64,000 nucleotides of DNA from Macrostomum lignano. Lineage: Eukaryota. A program made the translations under genes and the position numbers. Position 1 is the stretch's first letter, and each line of letters opens with the position of its first letter. The notes below the pieces were generated by a model. That model was not told the origin of the DNA, made no database searches, and saw nothing but the letters and a program-made list of their open reading frames with translations. The stretch is from positions 248,001 through 312,000 of the forward strand of contig NIVC01000829.1 of NCBI GenBank assembly GCA_002269645.1, in the 5' to 3' direction. Positions 13,810 through 25,629 of this stretch are shown in pieces.

Positions 13810-13848
<39 letters not shown>

Positions 13849-13915
13849 AAGACAGACAGACAGACAGTCAGACAGACAGTCAGACAGACAGACAGACAGA
13901 CAGACAGACAGTCAG
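13262..13915. repeat. (GACA)n microsatellite immediately 3' of the PGAM5-A stop
   Basis: Tandem GACA. Confidence 0.95.
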
Positions 13916-13924
13916 AGCGCAGTA

Positions 13925-16075
13925 TCAGCGCACATTATCCTTGGACAGCAGGCTAACGGGCACGTGTCCGGAGTCGCCAAAGCAGCGCAGGCAGACCCGG
14001 CCGTCCGGGTACAGGTCCAGCCAGGTGATTGAGCAGTGATCAACCGAGAAGCGAAGCCAAGCTTCTGGCGGCAACTGCAGAGCCCGACAGACCATGTAGC
14101 GTATGATGTTGCGATGACAGACGAATACCTTGGGTTGAGGATTACACTGGCTGTAAGATATTTCAGTACACTTTTACGTCTGTTGCAATGTGTCCACCAG
14201 ATCCCATGCAGACTTGTCCGCAAGATCCCATGCAGACTTGTCCGCAAGATCCCATCAAGACTTGTCCGCAAGATCCCATCAAGACTTGTCCGCAAGATCC
14301 CATCAAGACTTGTTCGCAAGATCCCATCAAGACTTGTCCGCAAGATCCCATCAAGACTTGTCCACAAGATCCCATCAAGACTTGTCCGCAAGATCCCATC
14401 AATACTTGTCCACAAGATCCCATCAAGACTTGTCCGCAAGATCCCATCAAGACTTGTCCGCAAGATCCCATCAAAACTTTTCCACAAGATCCCTTTAAGA
14501 CTTGTCCGCAAGATCCCATCAAGACTTGTCCACAAGATCCCATCAAGACTTGTTCGCAAGATCCCATCAAGACTTGTCCGCAAGATCCCATCAAGACTTG
14601 TCCACAAGATCCCATCAAGACTTGTCCGCAAGATCCCATCAATACTTGTCCACAAGATCCCATCAAGACTTGTCCGCAAGATCCCATCAAGACTTGTCCG
14701 CAAGATCCCATCAAAACTTTTCCACAAGATCCCTTTAAAACTTGTCCGCAAGATCCCATCAAGACTTGTCCACAAGATCCCATCAAGACTTGTCCACAAG
14801 ATCCCATCAAGACTTGTCCGCAAGATCCCATCAAGACTTGTCCGCAAGATCCCATCAAGACTTGTCCGCAAGATCCCATCAAGACTTGTCCACAAGATCC
14901 CATCAAGACTTGTCCACAAGATCCCTTTAAGACTTGTCCACAAGATCCCTTTAAGACTTGTCCACAAGATCCCTTTAAGACTTGTCCACAAGATCCCATC
15001 AAGACTTGTCCACAAGATCCCATCAAGACTTGTCCGCAAGATCCCATCAAGACTTGTCCGCAAGATCCCATCGAGACTTATCCACAAGATCCCATCAAGA
15101 CTTGTCCACAAGATCCCATCAAGACTTGTCCACAAGATCCCATCGAGACTTGTCCGCAAGATCCCATCGAGACTTATCCACAAGATCCCATCAAGACTTG
15201 TCCGCAAGATCCCATCGAGACTTATCCACAAGATCCCATCAGGACTTGTCCACAAGATCCTACCGAAACTTATCCACAAGATCCCATCAAGACTTGTCCA
15301 CAAGATCCTACCGAAACTTATCCGCAAGATCCCATCAAGACTTATCCGCAAGATCCCATTTCGAGCCCCACGCAAAAATAAGCCTCATCCAAGCACAAGC
15401 ACAGACCTCCAGCTCATTGGTGGACTCTCCCGCATCGTCATCAGCCCGATGAATATGCCGACGGAAAGCTGCCTCAGCCCTGGCAGCCCTGTCGTGATAG
15501 TAGAACTCCGGCACAAAATGTGCCCCAGGCGGCTCAGGCGGACACGGCCAGCCAACTTCAGTCAACAGGTGACACTCTTGTCTCTTCAAATTATTTGGCA
15601 GATAGCGCATAGCTAATTCCGCAGTTTGCACGGCTCTAGGCGCGCTAGACGAAATAATCCTGCTAATACCGTAGCGTCTGTGCAGCTGGGCCAAGCGGTT
15701 ACCCAGTTGTTCAGCTTGGCGTCTACCCAGATCGTCTAGCAGCCTATCGGAATGATGAAACCTGCCGTGCCTAACCAGAATAATACTGCGGATATTATTA
15801 TTATTACTAGTACTACTATCAGTAGTTCGCCAATGTCTATTATCCCAATTATTGTTCCATTTAGTTCCGGGTAGCACTGGATCGCAGCAGCGAAGATTGT
15901 TCAATAATTGATCGCTGGTCACCGGGCGCAGGTAGACCGCTGGTGCCGAGGGATCCGCGACAGACATCGGTTTATTGTCAGGCGCTAACGAGGACAACTC
16001 GGTGTACAGAGCGGCGCTAGCGGCGCCAACAGCGGCGCAGGATAAGCCGAAGCCGAGCAGGCGACTCGGCAACAT
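13925..16075 (-). CDS. PGAM5: PGAM5-like mitochondrial histidine-phosphatase-family phosphatase, copy A, 290 aa; exons 16075-15407 and 14128-13925
   Basis: N-terminal hydrophobic anchor, [25 protein letters not shown], then spliced ELE|[57 protein letters not shown]. Phase-0 intron GAG|GTCTGT...CCAAG|GTA. Confidence 0.92.
14195..15360. repeat. 24-bp minisatellite filling the PGAM5-A intron
   Basis: CAAGATCCCATCAAGACTTGTCCG units. Confidence 0.95.
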
Positions 16076-16144
16076 GCATTCGATTTTATTTGGCTGGTTT
16101 GTTGCTAGGAACCTGGGATAGTTCAGAAATGGGAAGAGTATGAG

Positions 16145-16585
16145 AGAGGGGGATATTTTAAGACGGGGAGATTCTGAGATCGGGATATTTCAGCAATGGG
16201 GAGATTCTGAGATGGGGGATATTTCAACAATGGGGAGATTCTGAAATGGGGATATTTCAACAATTGGGAGATTCTGAGATGGGGATATTTTAAGAATGTG
16301 GAGTCTGAGACTGGATTTTTTAGGAATGGGGAGATTCTGAGATCTGGATTTTTAACTATAGGGCTATTCTAAAATTGGAATATTTCAACAATGGGGAAAT
16401 TCTGAGATGGGAATATTTTAACGATGGGAAGATTCCGATATAGGGATATTTCAACAATGGGGAGATTCTGAAATGGGGATATTTCAACAATTGGGAGATT
16501 CTGAGATAGGGATACTTTAAAAATGAAAGAATTCTGAGGGGGATTTTAAGAATTAGAAGAGATTTTGAGACGGGATATTTGAACA
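16145..16585. repeat. ~32-bp minisatellite between the PGAM5 copies
   Basis: GGGATATTTCAACAATGGGGAGATTCTGAGAT units. Confidence 0.85.
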
Positions 16586-16737
16586 ATAGGAAAAGATCTA
16601 CAAAGGGATATTTAAAGTTAGTTAGCCATCGTTTTTACCTATCAAATAGTAAAAAACTTCTAAAAATTTAAAAAAACAAAAAGTGAACAGTATAGCTATA
16701 AATTATTTCTATTTTTAGCGCGGTGGCACAAGCCGTA

Positions 16738-18734
16738 CTATAAAAACAACAACAAAGAACATACATGTAAGAACGTTAAACTGCATAGACATAGACATAG
16801 ACATAGAGAGTTGGCGTGACAAACGATCACTTCGAGTTTGGCCCCGTTGGCAACTATTTGAGCTTCGTCGCTTCGACTTGACCGATGAATATGTCGACGA
16901 AAGGCGGCCTCGGCCAAGGCGGAGCCTTCGTGGTAGCGGTACTCCGCTCTGTAGTTGTTCATGGGCGGCTCTGGCGGGCAGGGGCAGCCGATCTCGCGCA
17001 GCATGGGGTCCTCAGCGCGCTTGCCATTCAGGTGGGGCAGGTGCCGCATAGCCAGCTCCGACGTCTCCACCGCTCGGGTTGAATTTGACGACATCAGCCG
17101 AGCGATGCCGTGTTTGGCGTGCAGCTCGGCCAGGCGGATGCCGAGAAGGTCGGCCTGAGAAAGAAAGTCACTCAGTCAGTCTGGGATATTGTGCGCGTAA
17201 CTAGCCTCGGCAACTGGGGATCTGGGAGGCTGGCTCAGCAACTGGGGATCTGGGAGGCTGGCCCAGCAACTGGGGATCTGGGAGGCTGGCCTCGGCAACT
17301 GGGGATCTGGGAGGCTGGCCCAGCAACTGGGGATCTGGGAGGCTGGCCCAGCAACTGAGGATCTGGGAGGCTGGCCCAGCAACTGGGGATCTGGGAGGCT
17401 GGCTCAGCAACTGGGGATCTGGGAGGCTGGCCTAGCAACTGAGGATCTGGGAGGCTGGCCCAGCAACTGAGGATCTGGGAGGCTGGCCCAGCAACTGGGG
17501 ATCTGGGAGGCTGGCTCAGCAACTGGGGATCTGGGAGGCTGGCCTAGCAACTGAGGATCTGGGAGGCTGGCCCAGCAACTGAGGATCTGGGAGGCTGGCC
17601 CAGCAACTGAGGATCTGGGAGGCTGGCCCAGCAACTGGGGATCTGGGAGGCTGGCCCAGCAACTGAGGATCTGGGAGGCTGGCCCAGCAACTGACATTCT
17701 GGGAGGCTGGCCCAGCAATTGAGGATCTGGGAGACTGGCCTAGCAACTGGGGATCTGGGAGACTGGCCCAGCAACTGAGGATCTGGAAGGCTGGCCCAGC
17801 AACTGAGGATCTGGGAGGCTGGCCCAGCAATTAAGGATCTGGGAGGCTGGCCCAGCAATTGAGGATCTGGGAGACTGGCCTAGCAATTGAGGATCTGGGA
17901 GGCTGGCCTAGCAACTGGGGATCTGAGAGGCTGGCCCAGCAACTGGGGATCTGGGAGGCTGGCCTAGCAACTGAGGATCTGAGAGGCTGGCCCAGCAACT
18001 GAGGATCTGGGAGGCTGGCCCAGCAACTGGGGATCTGGGAGGCTGGCCTAGCAACTGAGGATCTGGGAGGCTGGCCCAGCAACTGAGGATCTGGGAGGCT
18101 GGCCCAGAAACTGAGGATCTGGGAGGCTGGCCCAGCAACTGAGGATCTAGGAGGGCGGTAGCCCAGCAACTGGGAGCCTAAAAGCTTAACTTATTCATAA
18201 AAAGCCATTTACACAGCCATCCCACTCACCTGCTCCCTACCCATATCGTCCAGATGACTGCTGGCCAGGCTGTACCTGCCATGCCTAATCAGCACAATGT
18301 GCCGCACCTGACTGCCAGCCTGGCCCTCCATAGCATCCCAGTTCCGGTTCCATTTGGCTCCGCTGACCGGCACAGCGGGGCCGCAGCAGCGCAGGTTGCT
18401 ATGCAGAGAGTCCGGAGAAGCGTCAACACTGGGCAGCGGGTTGATGTAGATCGGAGCGGCCGCAGTCAAAGGTGCGGCAGTGGCAGCGGAGGCTGCACCA
18501 GCTAGTAGCGGCTTACAGAAACGATTCGAGCTGCAGTCTGATCGACCATCGGACTGGGATGGAGAAGGCGAGCTGTGCGACTGCGACACCAGAGCTGCGG
18601 CAGCGGCGCCAAGAGCGGCGCACGGAAGGCCGACGCGCGACAGAAGGTGCGGCCACAGCAACGGTGATTGAGCAGTGGCGTTGGTGCTCAAGTCAAAAAC
18701 ATAACGCCTGATAGTTGGGCTTTGACAATTAAAG
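16738..18734 (-). CDS. PGAM5: PGAM5-like copy B; exons ~18734-18230 and 17154-~16810; no in-frame ATG before the anchor and no own C-terminal exon found
   Basis: WNRNWD, LIRHG, CAG|GTGAGT...TCTCAG|GCC phase-0 intron, SSNSTRAVET, MLREIG, EVIVCHAN. Similarity stops abruptly at 16810 and the frame closes at 16738. Confidence 0.8.
17200..18170. repeat. 28-bp minisatellite filling the PGAM5-B intron
   Basis: GGCCCAGCAACTGGGGATCTGGGAGGCT units. Confidence 0.95.
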
Positions 18735-18751
18735 CTGTGTGCGGAGAAGAC

Positions 18752-18796
<45 letters not shown>

Positions 18797-19709
18797 TATC
18801 AAGCAAACGGAGTAAACTAAGCAGTTATGCATAAAAAGGCAGATCAAACAGCTGCTTGTGTTGGGCTATGCAGTCAATGTGTATGGCAATGTCAGTTATA
18901 TTTCGACTCTTGCAGCAAAAAAAATTATGCGAACTTAGAGACAATTTCAATATTGTACGCGAATAATAATAACGTTTACAGGCTTGTTGAAATATTGAAT
19001 TACAGTTCAAGTCTGGACACAGGAGAAACAGGAAGTAAAAATGAAAATAGTTCATATCAAAGCATCGCGCACAACTGTTGAAGTTAATAATTAATTATAT
19101 GCATACAAATAATAATTATTTTCATTGAAATTTTATAGCTAATGAAAAAACTAACAAGCTGATGAATTAATTCGCCTAGCAATAAAATTAGCATATTAAG
19201 TGTGGAAGATATAAGATTGCCTTTGGAAACAGACGAGACTACTCATAGTAATAGAAATCAGTAGTAGTTAATTGAATAATTATTATATTCAGGTGAAATA
19301 GATGAATACTTTTTGACAGTGGCCAATTTTTTCAACTAATCATTTCTGGCAGCTTAAAAAACAAAACAGAATGATGCACGAGAGTCGTGACGGAGCGGAC
19401 TTGTTAATTTGCTATAAGAAATGAATTAAATAAATTATTGTATTAGGCATTCATCACAGCTTTATATGCTTTATTAAAAAAACACGATTTTTTTAAAAAT
19501 TATAAACTATAATATACTGAAATGTATGAAATGAAAATAAGTGCTATTTTAAGTATAAGAATCAATATAAATATAATAAATTAATGTTTCAAGAAATAAA
19601 TCAGTCACTTCGTTACTTTATCATGTAGCATTACAAACTAATTTATGAGGCATCGTGAAATATCTCTTCGGGTACTTTAGAATCGCCCCAGTAGTACTGA
19701 AAAGCACTC

Positions 19710-19980
19710 TAGATGTTTTAGAATTGCCATAGACACTTTAGAGTTGCCATAGACACTTTAGAGTTGCCATAGACACTTTAGAATTGCCATAGACACTTTA
19801 GAGTTGCCATAGACACTTTAGAGTTGCCATAGACACTTTAGAATTGCCATAGACACTTTAGAATTGCCATAGACACTTTAGAATTGCCATAGACACTTTA
19901 GAATTGCCATGGACACTTTAGAATTTCCCTTAGACACTTTAGAATAGCCGAAGATACTTTAAATTACCATAGTTACTTTA
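19710..19980. repeat. 20-bp minisatellite
   Basis: GCCATAGACACTTTAGAGTT units. Confidence 0.9.
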
Positions 19981-20282
19981 GATACAGTTCACCTAATGTT
20001 GAACAAGGCGCTAGCAAATTATAATTGAATATATTAAAACTAGTGAAAATGTGGCAATAAGGTAGAAACTAAGCTAACTATAAGTCATAACGTTCGTTTG
20101 CATTAAAAATGACAAATAGACGCGTACAATACAGGCTTAATGATAAGTGTTTGTGTCTGATTCCTTTTAGCTAAACAACGCATAGTGATTCAAACAGTTT
20201 GACTATAGCTGAGTTGAAGAAACAATTTATAAATTTATATTTATTGAACCGTAGACGCGTTTAAGATAATCTACTTTGCTCT

Positions 20283-22679
20283 TCACTTCCGGTTAGCGTG
20301 TTTCCGATCGTCCCTACGCCGAAAGAACAGAACTAGATCGCCGCCACTCTTCCAATAGAAATGCTTGGCTGTTCTCAGGTCCATATTAGGATCCAAGACC
20401 GTATCGTTAATAAGAATTTCGACTAATTCTTCAGCCGGTTTCTGCTGCTGATCGCCTGTAGCCGCATCAGATGAAGCTGCTTGATTCGTGGAGTGCGGAG
20501 GCGGCTGCTGCTGCTGCTGCTGATGATAGGGGAGCGGGGGCGGCGGCGCCCCTGGTGGCAAGCTCTCAGTGCGCCACATCTCTACAACGTGCTCCGCCAC
20601 TTTGCGTATCTGCAGCATATCGTTGGCACTAAGTCGATCTTTGCGTAAACTTTTCACGCTAGACGACGGATATGGATTTAAATAGAAAGAGATTTTGATG
20701 TACTTTGGCAGATTCTTTTCGATTAGAATGTCTGTAATCCATGCTGGCACTGTCTCGTTGAGAATTGAGTTCTCCGATTCACCCCCGCTGTCTCTAACCA
20801 GCAGTCGGAACAGAGTCCTCCCAGTTGACTCGCTTAGCACTACCGGCGTGTGCTGAGGCACAGAGAAGTACATGTTAGCCCTGGTGTATCCGCCGTCCTC
20901 TTTGCGCACTCGAGTAGGTGGCCAGTGCTCAAACAGGGCTTGTAGTACTAAACCGCCGTAGTTGATCTTTGAATCTGGTTGTGCCACCCCGCCAGCCACT
21001 TGCGGTTCTCTCGGCAGACTGTCAACAGCTATGCCGCTGTCTCTCTGACTGACCCAGGCGCTAAAGCAGTCCTGCTCTTCCAGATGAATCATTGGTAGGC
21101 CAGTTTTCAAGTCAACGGAGAACCAGCTGGGTACAAAGACTCTCTTAGCTGTCATATCGGCCACTCGCTGATCAAAACTACCCGGAGGAAGGTCCTGCAG
21201 TTTGCGGACTAGCACTACATCGTACAGTGCAACGCAATCGTTGGAATCTTTAGTTAAAAGGAAGCGTTTATCGTTGCTAATATGATATTGACGAATACAG
21301 CTGCCGCCAGTGATGCAGAAATTCGGTTTTGGCGATAGAGGCGGCTGCTGCGGCTGCTGCAAAGGCGGAGGCGGCGGCGGCATAGGAGGAGGCGGAAGTG
21401 AAGGCGGCGTTTTGTCGCCATCGGGAGAGGCGGCGGCGGATGCAGAGGCGGACGCAGATGCCGAGCCAGAGGCTGAAGAATTGGTGAGATCTGAGAATGC
21501 GGCAGTTGTTTGACCAACAGCGTTGCCGGAAGCGTTATTAGTCGATGACGTCATAGCCGGATGTTGATTCTGACGGTTAGAAACGTGCTGGCTATGCTGG
21601 AACGGTAATGAAGGCAATGGCCAGCGCTTCACATTGGTATTAGTTGTTGATATCCACAAATGCGGCTGTTGAGCCTCTTCAACTAGCAGCACCTTCAGCA
21701 CCGGACAGTCCTCCTGACAGATTAGCCGGCAGGGCTTCTGATTATCGACGAGATCCCAAGCCAAGACTTGAGCATCCTTGCCCGAAGAGTACAACGTATT
21801 GAAGGCTTCGTTGGCCTGCAAAGTCCAGACGCCTGCAGTATGGCCATAAAAGGTCCATATACAGCGCTGCTCCCCCACAGACCACAGCTTAATAGTGCCG
21901 TCAGAGGAGCCGCTCAATATCCTAGAGCCGTCATTGCTAATTACAATCGCGCGAACATTGTCAGTGTGACCGCGAAGTTTGCACTGCTTCTGACAGGATC
22001 TGGGATCCCAGATTCGCAAGACATTCTCTGTACTACCTGACACAATCATTGTGGCGCTATGGTTCATTGCCAGACTGTAAATACTGTCTTTATTACCAGC
22101 TAGACTACTAGTAGTAACAGTGTTATTACTGGCAGTTAATGCTGTTAAAACATTCACATCCCAAATGTAGATTGCTTTATCCAGTCCGGCTGAAGCTACT
22201 AACTCTTTGTGCTTAGCATAAGCAAGCGCTCGCACGTAGTCTTTGTGCGTGCGCAATGTTGACATGCAGAAGCCTCTGGAACTATTCCAAACTTTCACTG
22301 TAGTATCGGAGGAACAGCTGATGAGATTTTTTCTACTGCAACAGAGTACAATGTCATTAACCCAGTCTGTGTGATGCTCCATAGACTGCAGGTAAGGCTC
22401 ATCGGGATTGGCGGTATTATAGATCCGAATTATGCTATCCCGACCGGCTGTGAACAGGCGGTTCTGTACGGGGTCGAACTGCAACGAGTTCACGCCGAAT
22501 CGATTGTACTTTTCAATTTCATCGCGAATCACGTAGCTGACTTGGACTCGCTTACGGCCGAGGGTGCCGCCCATGCCACCGCCGATGCTGCCGACGCCGC
22601 CCATACCGACACCGGCGCCTCCGCCGCTCATGCCGAGGCCCATGCCCTGTCGATAGTGATTCATTGGCGGCAGGGCCAT
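20283..22679 (-). CDS. WDR48: WD repeat-containing protein 48 (UAF1, USP1/12/46 activator), intronless, 798 aa
   Basis: [26 protein letters not shown] start, WD40 repeats ([28 protein letters not shown]), [13 protein letters not shown], and C-terminal [22 protein letters not shown]. Confidence 0.96.
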   Translation of the reverse strand: MALPPMNHYRQGMGLGMSGGGAGVGMGGVGSIGGGMGGTLGRKRVQVSYVIRDEIEKYNRFGVNSLQFDPVQNRLFTAGRDSIIRIYNTANPDEPYLQSMEHHTDWVNDIVLCCSRKNLISCSSDTTVKVWNSSRGFCMSTLRTHKDYVRALAYAKHKELVASAGLDKAIYIWDVNVLTALTASNNTVTTSSLAGNKDSIYSLAMNHSATMIVSGSTENVLRIWDPRSCQKQCKLRGHTDNVRAIVISNDGSRILSGSSDGTIKLWSVGEQRCIWTFYGHTAGVWTLQANEAFNTLYSSGKDAQVLAWDLVDNQKPCRLICQEDCPVLKVLLVEEAQQPHLWISTTNTNVKRWPLPSLPFQHSQHVSNRQNQHPAMTSSTNNASGNAVGQTTAAFSDLTNSSASGSASASASASAAASPDGDKTPPSLPPPPMPPPPPPLQQPQQPPLSPKPNFCITGGSCIRQYHISNDKRFLLTKDSNDCVALYDVVLVRKLQDLPPGSFDQRVADMTAKRVFVPSWFSVDLKTGLPMIHLEEQDCFSAWVSQRDSGIAVDSLPREPQVAGGVAQPDSKINYGGLVLQALFEHWPPTRVRKEDGGYTRANMYFSVPQHTPVVLSESTGRTLFRLLVRDSGGESENSILNETVPAWITDILIEKNLPKYIKISFYLNPYPSSSVKSLRKDRLSANDMLQIRKVAEHVVEMWRTESLPPGAPPPPLPYHQQQQQQPPPHSTNQAASSDAATGDQQQKPAEELVEILINDTVLDPNMDLRTAKHFYWKSGGDLVLFFRRRDDRKHANRK

Positions 22680-22934
22680 TGTCTGCTCTGCTTCTTTTAT
22701 GCTTAATCAATCTTTTTTGCAAGCAATGCAGGCTTCTTTTTCTTTTGAAGCGTAAAAGAAGTGATTTGATCAACTCGGCCCAGAATATGGAAGAGAAGAC
22801 AAGATCAATCAGTAAGTGGGAGCGAACTACATGGCAGTGGTCTGTCAGAAATGACAAAAAAGATGAAAAATTAACTATATTAAGCAAAACTGATTATTCA
22901 AACTAGCAGCTAAAATATTTCTTTCTTTTGTTCC

Positions 22935-23182
22935 AGCGCGGTGGTCTGATGTGCCAGCGGCCCAGGCCCGATTCCAAGTGCAGTCTCATTAATTTGGGGG
23001 CTAAATTGCAATCTCGGTTGTACAACCTCAATGATAAAGTTAGGGCCGATGTACACTCCTGTGTGAGTGTGTGCCTGTGCGTATGACTGCGTACGTATCC
23101 GCGCGCTTGTGTGCCTGCTCAGGGGAGTCAATGCCTCACGCCGGTTGTGTGGCAATTGTCGCTTAAAGTGCGCCAGGGTGCA
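22935..23182 (+). mobile_element. Older, 5'-truncated copy of the same SINE family
   Basis: Colinear similarity to the 55-kb copy (CCCAGGCCCGATTCCAAGTGCAG, GATAAAGTTAGGGCCG, GTACACTCCTGTGTGAGTGTGTGCCTG, GCTCAGGGGAGTC, CGCTTAAAGTGCGCCAGGGTGCA). Lacks the A box and an internal block. Confidence 0.8.
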
Positions 23183-23686
23183 AGACACCATGGCGAAGGT
23201 TGTAGCGCTAGAGTCAGACTCGTTCACCGCTAAGTTGCTACCCTACTCAGAATCCCAACCAAGGCATGCTTCTCAACGGATTCTTTTTCTGACCTAATTA
23301 AATGACGAAAGATCAAAATAAGCCGTTAACTTTGATTTTCTGTGTATATATTTAGCTAAAGACAGAAGGTATAAATTAGACGCAAGAACAGGATCAAATC
23401 TACGAGCTCAAAATGACGAATAAAAACAATTTGATACTAAATTCTACTGTAAGTAACAAGTAACGCGTATCGATTCAAAGTGAAAAAAGAAAGCCAAATA
23501 TAGCTAATTTAACAGTCAAAAGGCCATATTCACTACTTAGTTGGTAACTAGAATGAAAACGAATGAAGATTTTTTAAAGTTAAAAAGCTATCTAAAACTA
23601 GATAGATGAATAAAAATATTTTCTATAGAGAAAACTGGTGTTAAAAAGTGATTAATATCAAGAGAAAACTAACTAACTTGGTTGAC

Positions 23687-23743
23687 ACGATCAGGCGGGT
23701 AAACGGCGGGAGTAACTATGACAGACAGGCCTCATCATCTCAT
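23687..23743 (-). ncRNA. Candidate box C/D snoRNA (57 nt) antisense to 28S rRNA; predicted target equivalent to human Gm3744 (SNORD87 target)
   Basis: Terminal stem AUGA/UCGU, bulge G, C box AUGAUGA (23738-23732), 28-nt perfect antisense to conserved LSU GCGGGUAAACGGCGGGAGUAACUAUGAC (23722-23695), D box CUGA (23694-23691). Lies 28 nt inside a putative intron (donor CCAG|GT at 23772). Confidence 0.55.
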
Positions 23744-23779
23744 TAGTTTAAAAAACTATACAGGACTAACACCTGGCAT

Positions 23780-24911
23780 TCAAGGAATTGCAAGCCTCAT
23801 TCTTGGAGCAGGAAAGCGACGATGACCAGTTGGCTCATCCGGCTCCTGATGCTGCTGCTGCTGCTGCACAACTCGACAACCTCTAGGAGACAGAGTCAGC
23901 CTAGCAACTATAGGCGCCTGTTCAACATTGCCAAGCTGCTGCACCTTGCTAGCGGCTCTATTCGACTGATTCCTGTGTCGGCATCGACCAGAATCATTAT
24001 TAGCTTTAACTGCCAGCGGCGAAGTCCGCTTTCCAATCCGGCCCTGCAGTTGCTGCTGTTGTTGTTGAGGCCGGCGACGTGCAGCGGCGAGGTTACCGGA
24101 GGCCAGGATTTTGGCTGCGGCGGATTCTACAGGCGGAATCGGGGTGGACGCGATGCCACCGCGCCAGGTGGCCCGCTGCCTGCCGATCTGGGCAAGGAGG
24201 CGAACGCACCCCTGTTGGGAGGGGGGGGGGAGAATTGCAAGTTTTTTGGGATTAAGTTAGCTTGGAAGCTTACGATAACATTCAGTGATCTCCGGTGACC
24301 TCTAGTGACCTTCAGTGACCTCTAGTGACCTTCAGTGACCTCTAGAGCTTAAGTGACCTTTAAACCGATTCTTAAGTGACCTCTAGTGACCTTTAAACCA
24401 ATTCTTAAGTGACCTCCAGTGACCTTAAATGATCTTTAACCCGATTCTTTAAGTGACATTCAGTGACCTCTAGTGACCTTAAGTGACCTTTAACCAGATT
24501 CTAAGTTACATGCAGTAACTTCTAGTGACCCTAAGTGACCTATAACCCAATTATTTAGTGCCAGTCAGCGACCTTTAAAAATCCCTTTTGATGTATAAAT
24601 GACCTCTAAAAACCCAATCCTTTTTAGCGACACTCAATGACCTCAGTAACCTCTAAAGCCCAAATTGAAATTTAACTGAACATATTCTTTGCACTTCACT
24701 TGGGATTTGCATTCAGTGACTGCCAACTCCAAAATTATCTGATATTTCTTACCTGATATCCCACGCTGCTACTCAGAACGCTCTTTTTACTTCCAGTAGT
24801 ATCATTAGTCTGTATTTTATCAACCGTTCCTGTTGTCGTGTACGTTGAGCCGCTGTTGCCAGCGCCAGTACCTCCAGCACGATTGCTCGATTCCGGATGA
24901 CCAAGCTCCAT
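23780..24911 (-). CDS. Two-exon coding unit not in the ORF track (24911-24753, 24211-23780; 196 codons), PTB/PID-like; C-terminal extension of NADSYN1 and/or a separate gene
   Basis: CCAG|ATG at 24911, 53 open codons, CAG|GTAAGA donor, CCCAACAG|GGG phase-0 acceptor, then 143 open codons with poly-Q. VGYQGCVRL, AAAKIL, ARLTLSPRGCRVV and GHRRFP resemble the PTB beta1, helix, beta2 and following strands. Confidence 0.65.
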
Positions 24912-24949
24912 CTGGTTAGATATTTATGGAAAAACTGTTAAAATTTACT

Positions 24950-25612
24950 AAGTTACCTGGTTCCTTGGTTACCTGGCTATCTGGTTACCTGGTTATAGCT
25001 GGTTACTTAGTTGCCTGGTTACCTGATTACTTGGTTACCCGGTTACTTGGTTACCCGGTTACTTGGTTACTTAGTTGCCTGGTTACCCGGCTACTTGGTT
25101 ACCCGGTTACTTGGTTACCCGGTTACTTGGTTACCCGGTTACTTGGTTACCCTGTTACTTGGTTACCCTGTTACTTGGTTACCCGGTTACTTGGTTACCC
25201 GGTTACTTGGTTACCCGGTTACTTGGTTACCCGGTTACTTGGTTACCCGGTTACTTGGTTACCCGGTTACTTGGTTACTTAGTTGCCTGGTTACCCGGCT
25301 ACTTGGTTACCCGGTTACTTGGTTACCCGGTTACTTGGTTACCCGGTTACTTGGTTACTTAGTTGCCTGGTTACCCAGCTACTTGGTTACCCGGTTACTT
25401 GGTTACCCGGTTACTTGGTTACCCGGTTACTTGGTTATCCGGTTACTTGGTTACCCGGTTACTTGGTTACCCGGTTACTTGGTTACCCGGTTACTTGGTT
25501 ACCCGGTTACTTGGTTACTTAGTTGCCTGGTTACCCGGCTACTTGGTTACCCGGTTACTTGGTTACCCGGTTACTTGGTTACCCGGTTACTTGGTTACCT
25601 GGTTACTTGGCT
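24950..25612. repeat. 16-bp minisatellite (8-bp subunits) between NADSYN1 exon 6 and the hidden exon
   Basis: GGTTACCCGGTTACTT units. Confidence 0.95.
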
Positions 25613-25629
25613 AGCCAATTAACATTCCC

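Noticed and set aside
8010-18734. Necroptosis module (MLKL-like pseudokinase next to PGAM5)
   Set aside because: No N-terminal four-helix bundle is recognisable, the protein has a SAM domain instead, and adjacency alone is weak evidence.
22910-23297. ORFs 22910-23227 (-) and 23067-23297 (+) and an apparent small plus-strand spliced gene
   Set aside because: The sequence is a decayed copy of the SINE at 54936-55290.
23822-24298. Plus-strand ORF with Leu runs resembling a signal peptide
   Set aside because: It is the antisense shadow of the poly-Gln minus-strand exon, which has proper splice sites.
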